A stretch of 63,883 nucleotides of DNA, filler included, from Aduncisulcus paluster (lineage: Eukaryota): assembly GCA_024181965.1 (NCBI GenBank). It is 11 parts of 11 records of this genome, joined end to end, with 100 filler letters (N's around TTAATTAATTAA, not from the genome) between each part and the next. Parts side by side here need not be neighbours in the genome. Positions count along the whole stretch, not along the records: positions 1 to 1,366 come from BQXS01012261.1; positions 1,467 to 2,917 come from BQXS01012267.1; positions 3,018 to 4,798 come from BQXS01012268.1; positions 4,899 to 6,363 come from BQXS01012269.1; positions 6,464 to 15,153 come from BQXS01012270.1; 6 more parts are not named here. One strand, given 5' to 3'. Below, piece by piece: positions 1-11,538 of this stretch. Under the pieces are notes generated by a model, which made no database searches, had not been told where the DNA came from, and worked only from the letters and a program-made list of their open reading frames with translations. The translations under genes and the position numbers were made by a program. Within the stretch, counting starts at the first letter, position 1, and every line of letters begins with the position of its first letter.

Positions 1-110
1 CAACTACATTTCAGTTGATTGCCCTTTTGTCCATTTTGCTCTCCATCTTCCTCATCCACTGAGGAAAAGAGTCTCACCTTCCTTCAATCTTCACTTCTCT
101 TTTAGTCGGT

Positions 111-452
111 ATGGATGGGTTTCAGGTGACTTTCATGAGTGGGAGAAGCCGCGATGTATGGGTACCTATTCCCATACTCTCGCTGCCATCCTTTCCTCTC
201 CATCTATCCTCCAGAATTGGAAGGGTCGGTGTTCCGAAAGGCCATCCCCTTCGTAGATTTCCCCAAAGAGTATCCTTGTTTGATATATTCACAGATCAGC
301 CCAAAATATTCTTCACACGGCACATAAGCGGCAAGGAGAGAACGGCTGCAATAATTGAGAAATTAGCAAATGCCGATTCAATCTCAAAGCAGATTGATCA
401 ACTCTCACCTCTTGTCAAGCTTCCAGGGAAACTATTCAAAACCAAGGGCTAA
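111..452 (+). CDS. Hypothetical protein (113 aa), possibly a gene fragment
   Basis: ATG-initiated ORF with no recognisable motif; its TAA stop lies inside the first unit of a 25-bp tandem repeat. Confidence 0.3.
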   Translation: MDGFQVTFMSGRSRDVWVPIPILSLPSFPLHLSSRIGRVGVPKGHPLRRFPQRVSLFDIFTDQPKIFFTRHISGKERTAAIIEKLANADSISKQIDQLSPLVKLPGKLFKTKG

Positions 453-523
453 TGGCGAGGGGATGATTACGGGCTAATGGCGAGGGGATGATTACGGGCT
501 AATGGCGAGGGGATGATTACGGG
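446..523. repeat. Perfect 25-bp tandem repeat x3 (GGGCTAATGGCGAGGGGATGATTAC)
   Basis: Identical units start at 446, 471 and 496, followed by a partial GGG at 521. There are no spacers. Confidence 0.95.
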
Positions 524-1366
524 AAGTTTCTAGCATGGTTTTCTCAAATGGTTCATGTGGCATTTCAAATGACAAACTCATCGTTCCATGTTTTTCATCA
601 TCTATGTTTTAGTCCATTTTCTAATTTAAATATATTTCACCCTTCAATCACCAATGTGCGATGTTGCTGTGTAAGATAAAAAATACATTTTAAGGATCAG
701 CTCCGTAGAGCCCAACACTTATAGTGCAAAGACCATTTCACAGGTTCTTTCTTTTTTTCTAGTAAACTATTAAACCCCACCACAGGGCAATGCCAAAAGT
801 CCAAATATTGATTGGCATCATATGGCGTGGTGGGATTTATTAAGGTTATGAAACTGATTAATTTATCAACCGATGAGAAAGATAACGAAGAAGGAAGGAA
901 GGAAGGGAAAAGAAGGAAGGGAGAAGAAGGGAAAGTAGTGAAGAGAGAAGAGAGTTCTGGATATACAATGGGGTCTAATAACTAAAAGATATCAATGAAT
1001 GTATCTAATGAAAGACAGATTGCATGTTGTTCATGACACGGTTCGATGTCCTTGATTGTGGTTATTGTATTTAATGCACACATATGGTCCACTTGAAATG
1101 TAGATGGTATTTAGAACAACCTCCAAGACATTATGGAACGATATGGATGTCATGTTTGACCCAGTCAGAGAGAGTCAAGGAGAAGCACAGGTGGAAGGAA
1201 GGGACGAGTAATGAAGGATATAAACCAAGGGTCGTTCACGTTATTCATGTTGGTGACCAATGTTATATATAAATATATATATTCGTGATAGTAAGGAAGA
1301 AGAGTCTTGAGGAGAGAAAGAAGAGAGTGTAGGCCAGACCAAGAGGCAATCACACCAATGGTTATT

Positions 1367-1466
1367 NNNNNNNNNNNNNNNNNNNNNNNNNNNNNNNNNN
1401 NNNNNNNNNNTTAATTAATTAANNNNNNNNNNNNNNNNNNNNNNNNNNNNNNNNNNNNNNNNNNNN
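1367..1466. other. Artificial contig linker N44-TTAATTAATTAA-N44 (also at 2918-3017, 4799-4898, 6364-6463, 15154-15253, 24575-24674, 49412-49511, 53229-53328, 60370-60469, 62702-62801)
   Basis: The identical 100-nt six-frame-stop spacer recurs 10 times, and flanking ORFs are cut abruptly at it. Confidence 0.98.
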
Positions 1467-2847
1467 ACTATAAAATGTCCTGCTTCAAGGATGAATAAAG
1501 CAATATCCCAGCTATAAAGTATGAATAACATTTGTATACATATTTATATATTTATATATGTGTTATTACTTGGGGTATAGCATCTTCCGAGGTGTTACGG
1601 AAAAATGAAAATTTTCTTGTAAATTTTCTTCAAACCATTTTCAAAAAATATCGGTCTACCTTTACATTTTTTTTTAGTTTTTGCTAGCAATGAGTCATTT
1701 ATACACAATAGAATCCCACTCTTCGTCTTTATTTATGTCATCAAAACATTCTTCCAATTTTTGAGTGATATTACTATAATAATTGTGTTGGGCTGGGAAG
1801 GCTTCTTTGACGAAGGACGGTAGTTCGGCTACCGTCCTGAGGAGAAGGAAGCCAGTGAGCGCCGGGTGAGCGAGAATCGCGAGCACGAGCGCGAGCAGGG
1901 CTTTTTTTGAGGTCTTGCAAACAATAAGACCTCTTCACGTTAGTGAAAACTCATTCACTTCAATTGACTGAGTATTAGATGTATGTTGTATATGTATTTG
2001 GTATTCTATCGATCATGAAAACTGCTATGACTATGGATTCTGGGTGGGAAATATACTTAAATCATCAATCAGAATTTTTTTTTGCATTCTTTGAGGTTTG
2101 AAAAATAAAATATATTTTATTGAGGTGCTAATTAAATAATATTATATAATATATTATTATTATTTATTTTTCTTTCGAAATTAATATTTGCTAAAAGTGC
2201 TTATAAACAATCATATATAATTAAATTGTCGATTAAAAATAAAGATATCGTCAATGCTCGAAAAAAACATTATTAAATATACATTCAATGGATGCTAATC
2301 CATCAATTTTGCAAGGAACTTCCTTTGAAAGTAGATTTGCGAAAATTGCTCTGTAGCGCAGGAGCGGAACAAAATTAGAAAAAATAAATATTATTAATAT
2401 ATTAGATATTAGATTGCCTATATAAAAATTAAAGTGGAAAGTGCGCCAGCTAAAAAAACCTATTTTTGCCACTTTTTGCACCCCTGTATCTCGGCGTCTA
2501 TTTATTATAATAAAACAAAAATATAATATTTAACTTATTAACTAAAGGGGCTTATTATATATATTAAATTATTTTATTATATCTCAAAGAATGCAAAATT
2601 TACGTAGTGGGCAATAAGAAGGGTTTATGAAGTTTTTAATAAATTATCCTTAGTTTATACATAATTATATTTATACTCGTGCTATTATTAATTTTTATTT
2701 GTTGTGACTTAACGTAGGTTTTTAGGTCAACATGGTTCCTTACTACTCGGATACCAAAGAATTAACAAGAAAGGATTATAATAACAAAGACCTCGGGGGT
2801 TCAACGTAATATATTTATTTGGTAAATGAATAGATTCTATCCAGATT

Positions 2848-2917
2848 GGGCCTGAGATGAAAGCAATCGTGTACAGTTCGTAGAGGAGAGGTTCATCATT
2901 ATGATCACTTCCTACTT
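2848..2917 (+). other. Possible group II intron 3' end (degenerate domain V plus domain VI)
   Basis: GATGAAAG...GTACAGTTC is followed by AGAGGAG...TTCCT[A]CTT, which pairs as a stem with a bulged A (2914). The 5' arm of domain V is a poor match. Confidence 0.35.
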
Positions 2918-3017
2918 NNNNNNNNNNNNNNNNNNNNNNNNNNNNNNNNNNNNNNNNNNNNTTAATTAATTAANNNNNNNNNNNNNNNNNNNNNNNNNNN
3001 NNNNNNNNNNNNNNNNN

Positions 3018-3217
3018 CCTTCATTTTCCCCTCCTTCCATCATAAGTTGTGCTCCGAATTCTCCAAATTCTTCTTTCCCGGTTTCGCTCTTTGTTTTGAT
3101 GGCTGGAACCTCTACACTCATGATATTGGGACCATCTCTAGGAATTGGACAACAATCGCTACCTCCTTTATGAATAAATTTCGGTTCCACGATTTGTAAA
3201 GCTGTTGATGTACTCAT
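3018..3217 (-). CDS. N-terminal fragment of a 'PIPRD' repeat-domain family protein (truncated at contig end)
   Basis: MSTSTALQIVEPKFIHKGGSDCCPIPRDGPNI...AQLMMEG matches the repeat start in the genes at 7415, 21164 and 31823. Confidence 0.75.
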
Positions 3218-3915
3218 TGACAATGGAAAAGAGTCAAATCTGAAAAGCATTACAACTTGTGAATATAATTGCATGACAATGCATAAAATATATCTTAATG
3301 TACACTAAATGAAATAATTGACATACATTAAATCTTGAATTTCTTTCACAAAAGGAACAGATGAGGATCAAAACACATCAATTCCCGATTGACATTGTGA
3401 CAATTATGGAAAGTAAAATATACATAAAAATATACGGACATTCTCTTTCTATCATATATTGCAAGCCAGCCTTGTGAATCCACTCCTGACAATGCTTTGT
3501 TTTCTCCTAGCGGAGTTTTGTTTACATATTGGATTGTAAGTTTATTTTATGGTAATAAGTTATACATATAATCTGTGAATATCGAGGTATTATTGACAGA
3601 TTGATAACTTCGGCTTCTGTGATAAATATGATAGTTCTCCATTAATAATGGACCATTATGGACTGCTAGAGTGTATTTTTTCTCTGATTTTAGCTGACAA
3701 AGTTGATTTGATATTTATTATTGCTGTCATATTTAACCACTGGTTAACATGGCAAGTTGGTTCTCTACTATTTCAAAAATATTAATTATTTGGAGAATTT
3801 ATCCATTCTCCTTCCATTGTCTTGGCTTTTTAGGTGTTAATTAGTCCCACTGAATCCACACCTTTGTCCATCTGAACATTGATCATAAAACTCAGATTCC
3901 TTACTAAATGCATCA

Positions 3916-4798
3916 TTATCTTGGACGATTCCACGATCCTCTGCCCATTCCAGCCCCACTGATCCTTCCATTACTAACGCTGCGCATCATCCTCACACGC
4001 TCTCTCTGTCTTGAGTTGTTTCCAACCCCACTGAGAGTGATATCAGCACCCTGTGAATAGTATTCTTCTCCATACCTATCACCAGCACCAGTGCCATAAT
4101 GTGCAGTGCGATAATGCCCAAGCCGAAGTGGGGCATCGAGACGTCTCATTCCTGATATCATTCGGGCTGTGCCTGCACTTTGTGGTCGTCTTTGCCTTGC
4201 ATTCGATATACTTTTCTGGTGTCTTTTATGACCAACCAAGAAACGACTGCTCGACACAATCACTCGACTGCTCTGAGTAGGCAGACTGATTGACACAGAG
4301 GATGATGTGAACGATTGTAATGCACCTTCCTGGGAGAAATGGAGATGTTGTGTTGGACTCAATAAGTATGGTCTCCGTTCTCTCATCAATTCATCTTCTT
4401 CTCCTTCTTCTTGCTCTTCTCCTTCTTCTTCTTCTACTTCTCTTTCATCTTCTTCTCCTTCAGCTCCTGCTCCGTGTATTGCTCCATAAGAATGTGGGTC
4501 AGGTCTTTGTTTCATATATTGGGTTCCATCAAGATGACTTCTGGACAAAGCTATAAATGGATCATGAGAAAGTGTGGATAATTTAGGAACAGGTGATAAT
4601 GTCCGGGATGACAAGGGAGTATCTTGTGCCCCTTTATCATCCATGCTATATATAAATGGGGTGTAATACCCTACTTTTTGTTTCTCATGTTCAAAATGAG
4701 AAGGTTTGAATGGTGGAACAAGATGACGTTGAATAGTCGTATGAGATTCTTCACCAGGCGATTCTTCAATGTGGTGATATGATGGGAATAATTCTTTT
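3916..4798 (-). CDS. Low-complexity hypothetical protein, C-terminal part (5' truncated)
   Basis: The frame stays open upstream of the ATG at 4644 to the contig edge. It has a poly-Glu tract and an R/G-rich tail. Confidence 0.6.
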
Positions 4799-4898
4799 NN
4801 NNNNNNNNNNNNNNNNNNNNNNNNNNNNNNNNNNNNNNNNNNTTAATTAATTAANNNNNNNNNNNNNNNNNNNNNNNNNNNNNNNNNNNNNNNNNNNN

Positions 4899-6363
4899 AA
4901 GCCAGAGAAGTCAATCGGGAATTCAAACACAGAGTCAAGAATCGAGACAGATGTGAGTGAAGCGGGAAGAGTTGAAATCATTGCATTCGTGAGAACTCGA
5001 TCAATACTGTCGAGAGTCAACTCCTTCAATGATTCGAGAGAGGAGAAGTCAATGTCGGATGTGATGTTAATGGATGAGATCGAGATGGATTGCAAAGAGG
5101 TTGGTAAGTCCTCGATGAACACATATCCAATGATAAGATTACCATCAGAATCTAACAAAAGTTCCTCAAGGTTGGTCAAGAATGATAGACTGAGATCTGA
5201 TGCAAGTGATATATTGGCCAATGACAAGAGTTCAAGAGATGTGGGCAAGTCACTCATAGATGTATTCCCAATCTCTAAGCCACTAGTAGCAGTGCCATCA
5301 ACAGACAAAGAGAGTAGATTTGTGGCAGATGATAACCCTTCAAATGAATCAACATTCGAAGCTGAGAGAGTTGTCAGTTCAAGGATTGTAACGGTATTAA
5401 GAGTACAATCAGAGGTAGAAGAATATCCAAGTTGAGTACAAATGGCATTCTTCAAGTTTTCATCTGGAATATCAACTGGTAAAATCTGAATAGAACAGTC
5501 ATCTCCTGTGAGACCATCAACACATTCACATGTAATCGTTGATGCATCCTCTTTCAGAACTGATATCATTCGATCGTTTTGTTCACATTCATCACAAATC
5601 TCAATGTCTGATGCTGATGTGGCTTCAACACAAGAACCCAATCCTTCATCATAGTAATAACCATTCCAACAGTTCATGCTCCAGAGATCAGCATCAAAGC
5701 CAGTAACGCCAAAACATATCTCATTCTCACTGAAATCAGGTTCTGGAGAACACATGCATGTTTGCTCAGACTCGGAAGACTCAAGGGAGAAAGATGAGTT
5801 CGTGAAGTATGAAGTCAGCTCGGAGTTCACATCGGCAATGTCACAGATCAAATTGTCACTGATGTTGAGGGACAACAACACATCGGGGGGCAAGGGTGTG
5901 GTTGATCCATTCTCATTGATCAGAACTGATACATCGGAGATCTGGTTGGAATGCACATCGATGCTTGTTAATGCGGATAAGGTTGTGAGTGGAGAGATGT
6001 CAACGATACTATTCGAACTCACATTGATGGCTGTCATAGATCCAATGTGCTCCAGACCTGCAAGAGAGGAGACACTACTCGATGGACATATCAAAGAAGT
6101 GGATGCAGAAATGTTCTTCAAGGAAGCAACACCAAACTTATACGTCCCATCGCCAACAGCAACCTTGTCAGCAGCATCGATCATGTCGGACACACATCCA
6201 TGCAAGGCCACATCTGGCACAATACTAGCACAGGAATGGGTGCCATCGGAGTTCGCATGACATTCGGACCCATACCCACATCCACCAGAACAGTCTGCAG
6301 AGCGTGTGCATGTGAATGTGTCCGAATCAGAGTATGTGTAATACGAGTCACTCATACAAGTCA
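4899..6363 (-). CDS. Leucine-rich repeat plus Cys-rich/EGF-like surface protein, internal fragment
   Basis: Internalin-type LRRs (LEHIGSMTAINVSSNSIVDISPL; LTSIDVHSNQISDVSVL), EGF-like CECVDGLTGDDC, an LRR cap IPDENLKNAIC, and LPTSL..L.L repeats. Open across the whole contig. Confidence 0.85.
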
Positions 6364-6465
6364 NNNNNNNNNNNNNNNNNNNNNNNNNNNNNNNNNNNNN
6401 NNNNNNNTTAATTAATTAANNNNNNNNNNNNNNNNNNNNNNNNNNNNNNNNNNNNNNNNNNNNTC

Positions 6466-7176
6466 CCCATCATCCGTGAAGGAAAGGAAAAGATGGAACC
6501 TTCTGTCGCCCTCTTTGTTGCCCAGAACTCTGAGACTCTTCCTCAAGGAGAACTTGTTGATTCTTTGAAAACCCTTGTGAAGAAACTCGTTTCCTTGAAC
6601 CAGACTGTGCGTCCCTGGTTGGCTTCTGAAGACACCAAGAAGAAACAAATGCTTGAGAGAACTGAATCAAAGGTTTCTTTGTTGAGTGATGCTTTTGTCA
6701 AGATGGAATCTGTTAACATTGGTCGTGAATTCCTTGATATGTTGAAAAAAGTTGACCTCTTGCGTTTGTCTCACCCCGAGATAGTTTCTCTTGCCATCGC
6801 CACGCTGTCTGTTCCCACAAGTATCATGGATGAGGTTTCTGTTGCTAACCTCCGCAAACGTATGGACTTTTTACGTGTTGTGTTCGAGCTTCAACACAAG
6901 ATTTCTCTCACTGAGGTGGATCTTTTGGGTTATTCCCACGGAAAGATCACTCGTGTTTCATGCACAGCTCCTATGCAAGAAGAGATCAAGAAGGAGATTC
7001 TCTGGTACGTCAGGGAGAAAGGAGTTGAGGCTTCTCGTTGGTTCTGTTCTATCATGAACAATCACATTGCCTCTAATTTGCGTGATATTGTCTTCCTTCT
7101 CGATATCCCTGAAGCTTTCAAGAATGTTATTATGGTCCATCTTGGTGCAAAGGGGAAGAGAAGATCTCGTTGGTGA
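6466..7176 (+). CDS. Hypothetical alpha-helical protein (possibly 5' truncated)
   Basis: 227-aa ORF from the ATG at 6493, with the frame open back to the contig edge. Composition looks coding; no motif recognised. Confidence 0.6.
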   Translation, partial: PIIREGKEKMEPSVALFVAQNSETLPQGELVDSLKTLVKKLVSLNQTVRPWLASEDTKKKQMLERTESKVSLLSDAFVKMESVNIGREFLDMLKKVDLLRLSHPEIVSLAIATLSVPTSIMDEVSVANLRKRMDFLRVVFELQHKISLTEVDLLGYSHGKITRVSCTAPMQEEIKKEILWYVREKGVEASRWFCSIMNNHIASNLRDIVFLLDIPEAFKNVIMVHLGAKGKRRSRW

Positions 7177-7414
7177 GTGAATTGACATCATTTAATAATA
7201 TTAATTGTGAAACCAAATTAAATTGTTGTAAATATTGTTTCGTAACAACTCAACATTTTGTAACCCGAGTAAATTAGTTCGATCTATTGCCAATAGAGTT
7301 CAAGTTGAACTGTTCAACTTGAACAGGAAATGTTTTTTCTCGTTTTGGTCAAATATTTTCTAGGACAAAGTTCATTCTCGAATTATTTTGTTATTTTGTT
7401 TTGATTTATATTAA

Positions 7415-8658
7415 ATGGGCCGATCTCCAATCCCTAAAGTATGTCAACAAATGCCCTTTCATTGTTGTTTGATCTAGTATATATTTGACTTATTATCTGA
7501 ACATATTGTTCTAATTTCTTATTTTACTTAAAGGAACCGTTATTGAAATCAAAATTCATTCAAAAGGGAGATATTTTATGTATTCCAATCGCTCGAGATG
7601 ATATTACCGTCATAGTACCCAACTTTGGGAAACTTCAGGCAAAAAAATGGCCAACCACAAAGATTTTGCGGAATAATCCTCATGTTGTTGGGATGATGCA
7701 AGGTGAACGCTGTTCTGAAGAGTTCACTCATATTTCCGTACCTTTTTCTTCCGTTAGCCCTGTAAAAGGTGCTTATATCTGCCTTTCTAGTCATCCAAAT
7801 CCTCCATCTCAACTTTTCTTCACCTTTACTTCCTCGAAGAAGAAAAAAATCATAAAGCGCTTCGAATTTCCTGAAATAGAACGATCTTGTTCTTGGTTCC
7901 TCTTATCTTTTGATCTTGACGACATTATTTCGTGTAAAATCCAAGGGAAGGGAAGCAAAGAAGATGATGACTGTAGTTTTATAATACGTTCTCTCGTCTA
8001 TTTTCGAGAAGAAACTCCTCAAGAATCCTCTTCTCGTGTCTCCAGAGAGAAAATATTATGCAGAGCCCCTTTAGTGAAATCAGAGTTCATTAAGGATGGG
8101 GATTTGGAGACTTTTGGAATTGCTTCCATTCCTGTACCTCGCCATGATTCGTCAATTTTAATTCCTTCCTTCTCAACAGTTCATGGAAAGAGAAGTGTCT
8201 ATAGCAAGGAATTTGAACGATATGATCAGAGTTTAGAAGCTCAAAAGATGTTAAAAGGTGAAGCAGCCGTCGAATTATCCCATCTTTCGATCCCCTTTCC
8301 CTCTCCAAGTTGCATCAAAGGTGCATATCTGTGTGTAGATAAGGATTTTTGGATGGCACGGAGTGGAAACTATGTTTTCTTTACTTTCACCCAGTCTGAT
8401 GGCACACTCATATCCAAACAGTTCACTCGTGGAAGATCCTATAGTGAATGGCTTTCTGCTGGAAAGCCGGAGTTTGAATGGTACTTCCTTCCAATTGATT
8501 TGTCAAATGTTGTTTTGTGTGAGATCCAAAGGAACAAGAAAAAAATTGACCTTTTCAGCATCTTCTCCCTTGTATTTATTCAAGATACTGCCAGTCCAAT
8601 GAGTGACTCTGATCCTCCTCCTCTTACTGTTTCCTCCAAGCCAGGCGATGTTGTATGA
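7415..8658 (+). CDS. 'PIPRD' repeat-domain protein with 2 repeats; exons 7415-7438 and 7534-8658
   Basis: Exon 1 encodes MGRSPIPK. A 95-nt phase-0 intron (GTATGT at 7439 to AAG at 7533, with CTAAT) joins it in frame to ORF 7543. Two copies of the HxSxPF..KGAYxC..FTFT..WxxLxxDL..CxI motif. Confidence 0.8.
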
Positions 8659-9004
8659 TAAGAAGAGTCGGTATTTTTCATCAGAGGAATTTATTGAAGC
8701 CGAGCGATTATCTCAACTTCTTCAGCATGGAAATAACCCTTTCTGTATCGAAAGAGATCATCATCCAAGGATAATGTCTGCAAAGTTATGATTCTGTGAT
8801 GTGACCTTATCTTTTATATTAATGATCGACGCATTTCCGAAAGTTACAAACTTGAACTAACTAGTAGTTACTATTTCTGTCGTAAGCGTGTCACTTATGA
8901 GTGTGATTTGGATTATGTTGACAGTGTCAACTTGACACTGATTGAAATCTCCATTACTTGAAATTTCCATAATCATAAATTATTAATTATAATATAATTA
9001 TATC

Positions 9005-9605
9005 GAGTAAATGCAAAGTTACTCCGGAGGAAGTTGCTCCGGTCAAAACTTGATTGTCTTAAATCAGGAAATACTTGTGGAATTTGCAATAATATGGCAT
9101 TCAATAAAAATATATTGTTGATTTTGCCACAATTAGTCTTATTTTAAGAGAAAATCAAGATATCAGCTCAACGGAAGATATAAATTAAATTAACAGTATA
9201 AATCTATATTGTACTGTATTCTTACGTTTTATATTCCAAAATAGAAATTAATTTAATAAAAGGATTGATTGAACCGGAGTAACTTTTATAAAAAACGGAG
9301 TAACTTTTTATAATATTATTGGCCGGATAAAATAATAAAAAAATAATGAGAATTATCTTAAAATCTACTAAAATATATTAGGAGTAATTTTTAACAAAAA
9401 ATAATACCCTTTCTAAAAAATAAAGTATTAATATCATTCACGCAAGTGATTAGCCAACTTTCGGAATAGTATAGTATAATACAGCAATTATGTGAGGTAA
9501 ATTACAGTAATCCTTAAGAAAAGATTGGGTTTCTGCTGTGCATCCCTTTGATAGTATAGTAGCATCCCGTGTCATCATGGTCGCATTAATATGGCAAAAT
9601 GATAT
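9005..9605 (+). mobile_element. Left part of the ~1.05-kb non-autonomous TIR element (copy A, broken at an N gap)
   Basis: Near-identical to the left part of 10201-11250 but with SNPs and one fewer CGGAGTAAC unit. Preceded by AATTATATC (8996-9004). Confidence 0.75.
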
Positions 9606-9625
9606 NNNNNNNNNNNNNNNNNNNN

Positions 9626-10090
9626 CCTCTCTTTGTCACCTGGAAAAAACGTGACCATGGAAGTGAGTATGATTTGAGAGGCTGTATTGGTAATCTGAGT
9701 GGCTTGCCTCTTCGCGCTGGTATCGGAGAATATGCTGTTATTGCAGGAACTCGTGATCATAGATTTATGCCAATATCTGCCTCGGAATTAAAACAATTGC
9801 GCGTCACTGTTTCCGTTCTTATTGACTATGAAGATGGGAAGGATTGTTACGATTGGACTGTGGGGACACATGGAATTATAATCAAGTTAATTAACGGTCA
9901 ATCAGCTGTGTTTCTTCCTGAGGTTGCCAGTGAACAGGGTTGGGATAAGGAAACAACATTGAAGCATTTAATTCGAAAAGCTGGATACCATCGTTCCTAT
10001 GTTGATTGTCAATCTGTTATCAAATCGCTCACTCGTTATAAGTCCTCAAAAATGTCAATGACCTACGAAGAATATTCTAAAATTGAATAA
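9626..10090 (+). CDS. AMMECR1: AMMECR1 family protein (5' part missing)
   Basis: PLFVTWK, the LRGCIG signature, D.RF.PI...EL..L.VTVSVL, DW.VGTHGI, A.FLPEVA.EQGW and L.RKAG. Confidence 0.93.
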   Translation, partial: PLFVTWKKRDHGSEYDLRGCIGNLSGLPLRAGIGEYAVIAGTRDHRFMPISASELKQLRVTVSVLIDYEDGKDCYDWTVGTHGIIIKLINGQSAVFLPEVASEQGWDKETTLKHLIRKAGYHRSYVDCQSVIKSLTRYKSSKMSMTYEEYSKIE

Positions 10091-10200
10091 TTTGCAAAAG
10101 ATTATATAGATTCAACTTTCTTTTTTTTTATTACTCACATAACCAACCTCCCAAACGCGAAGGTCAATAAATATCTATTTCACATGAAAGATCTGATTAG

Positions 10201-11250
10201 GAGTAAATGCAAAGTTACTCCGGAGGAAGTTACTCCGGTCAAAACTTGATTGTCTTAAATCAGGAAATACTTGTGGAATTTGCAACAATATGGCATTCAA
10301 TAAAAATATATTGTTGATTTTGCCACAATTAGTCTTATTTTAAGAGAAAATCAAGATATCAGCTCAACGGAAGATATAAATTAAATGAACAGTATAAATC
10401 TATATTGTACTGTATTCTTACGTTTTATATTCCAAAATAGAAATTAATTTAATAAAAGGATTGATTGAACCGGAGTAACTCTTAAAAAAAAAACGGAGTA
10501 ACTCTTTTAAAAAACGGAGTAACTTTTTATAATATTATTGGCCGGATAAAATAATAAAAAAATAATGAGAATTATCTTAAAATCTACTAAAATATATTAG
10601 GAGTAATTTTTAACAAAAAATAATACCCTTTCTAAAAAATAAAGTATTAATATCATTCACGCAAGTGATTAGCCAACTTTCGGAATAGTATAGTATAATA
10701 CAGCAATTATGTGAGGTAAATTACAGTAATCCTTAAGAAAAGATTGGGTTTCTGCTGTGCATCCCTTTGATAGTATAGTAGCATCCCGTGTCATCATGGT
10801 CGCATTAATATGGCAAAATGATATCACGGAATAGTAAATATTATCATTAAAATTGATTAATTTTACAAGAAAATAGAACCACCCAAGTGCTTCGAAACAA
10901 AATGAAAAATGAATCTTTTGTTGAATTTTTTGCAGTCGGTGTTATTCTGTTATTCTGTTCATGTAATCATGAAAAAACATGCACAATCAATTTTATTATT
11001 CATGTTAAATACTTTCTACAACTAAAATATGTTTATTTTGGATTGGATCATGAAGAAAAATATATCTCACCTATCCTATCTCATGAAATAAGATAATATT
11101 AATATAGTGGCCACATAATACTTTAATAAATTATAATAAGAATATTATTAAACACAATAAAAATTTATTTTAACGAGGTTTAAACGGAGTAACTTTTTGA
11201 AAATACTTTTTATCGGAGGAAGTTACTCCGGAGTAATTTCGCGCCCGTCC
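10201..11250 (+). mobile_element. Complete 1050-bp non-autonomous element with imperfect ~38-bp TIRs (MULE/MITE-like; copy B)
   Basis: The left end GAGTAAATGCAAAGTTACTCCGGAGGAAGTTACTCCGG aligns without gaps to the reverse complement of the right end. Internal CGGAGTAAC motifs are repeated. No credible ORF. Confidence 0.75.
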
Positions 11251-11538
11251 AAATATCGAATTAGTCTTTATCGAAAAACTATTGTCCATAGAAAAAAAAA
11301 ATTAAAAGTGCCCACCCTTCGTACAAATAAAATACTACGAAGATATCAAGAAAATCCTAAGAAATAACAGGGAAAAATGCGAGAATTGAAAAAACAATAC
11401 AAGGGAATCTATATAGATCGTCACAAAAAAAAAAAATTGTGAGACCAATATATACAAAAAATAATAGAAACCAGATATAAAATAATCAAGATGACAATAT
11501 AATCTTCAATATTTAATGCATAGGCTTGATGAAAAACA

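Noticed and set aside
446..523. CRISPR array
   Set aside because: The repeats are directly adjacent with no spacers, and no cas genes are present.
1411..1422. TTAATTAATTAA as a biological repeat or PacI-site array
   Set aside because: It is always centred in N runs of fixed length, so it is an artificial six-frame-stop linker.
9575..9605. N-terminus of AMMECR1 upstream of the gap
   Set aside because: This sequence belongs to the repeated element (identical near 10790-10823), not to the gene.
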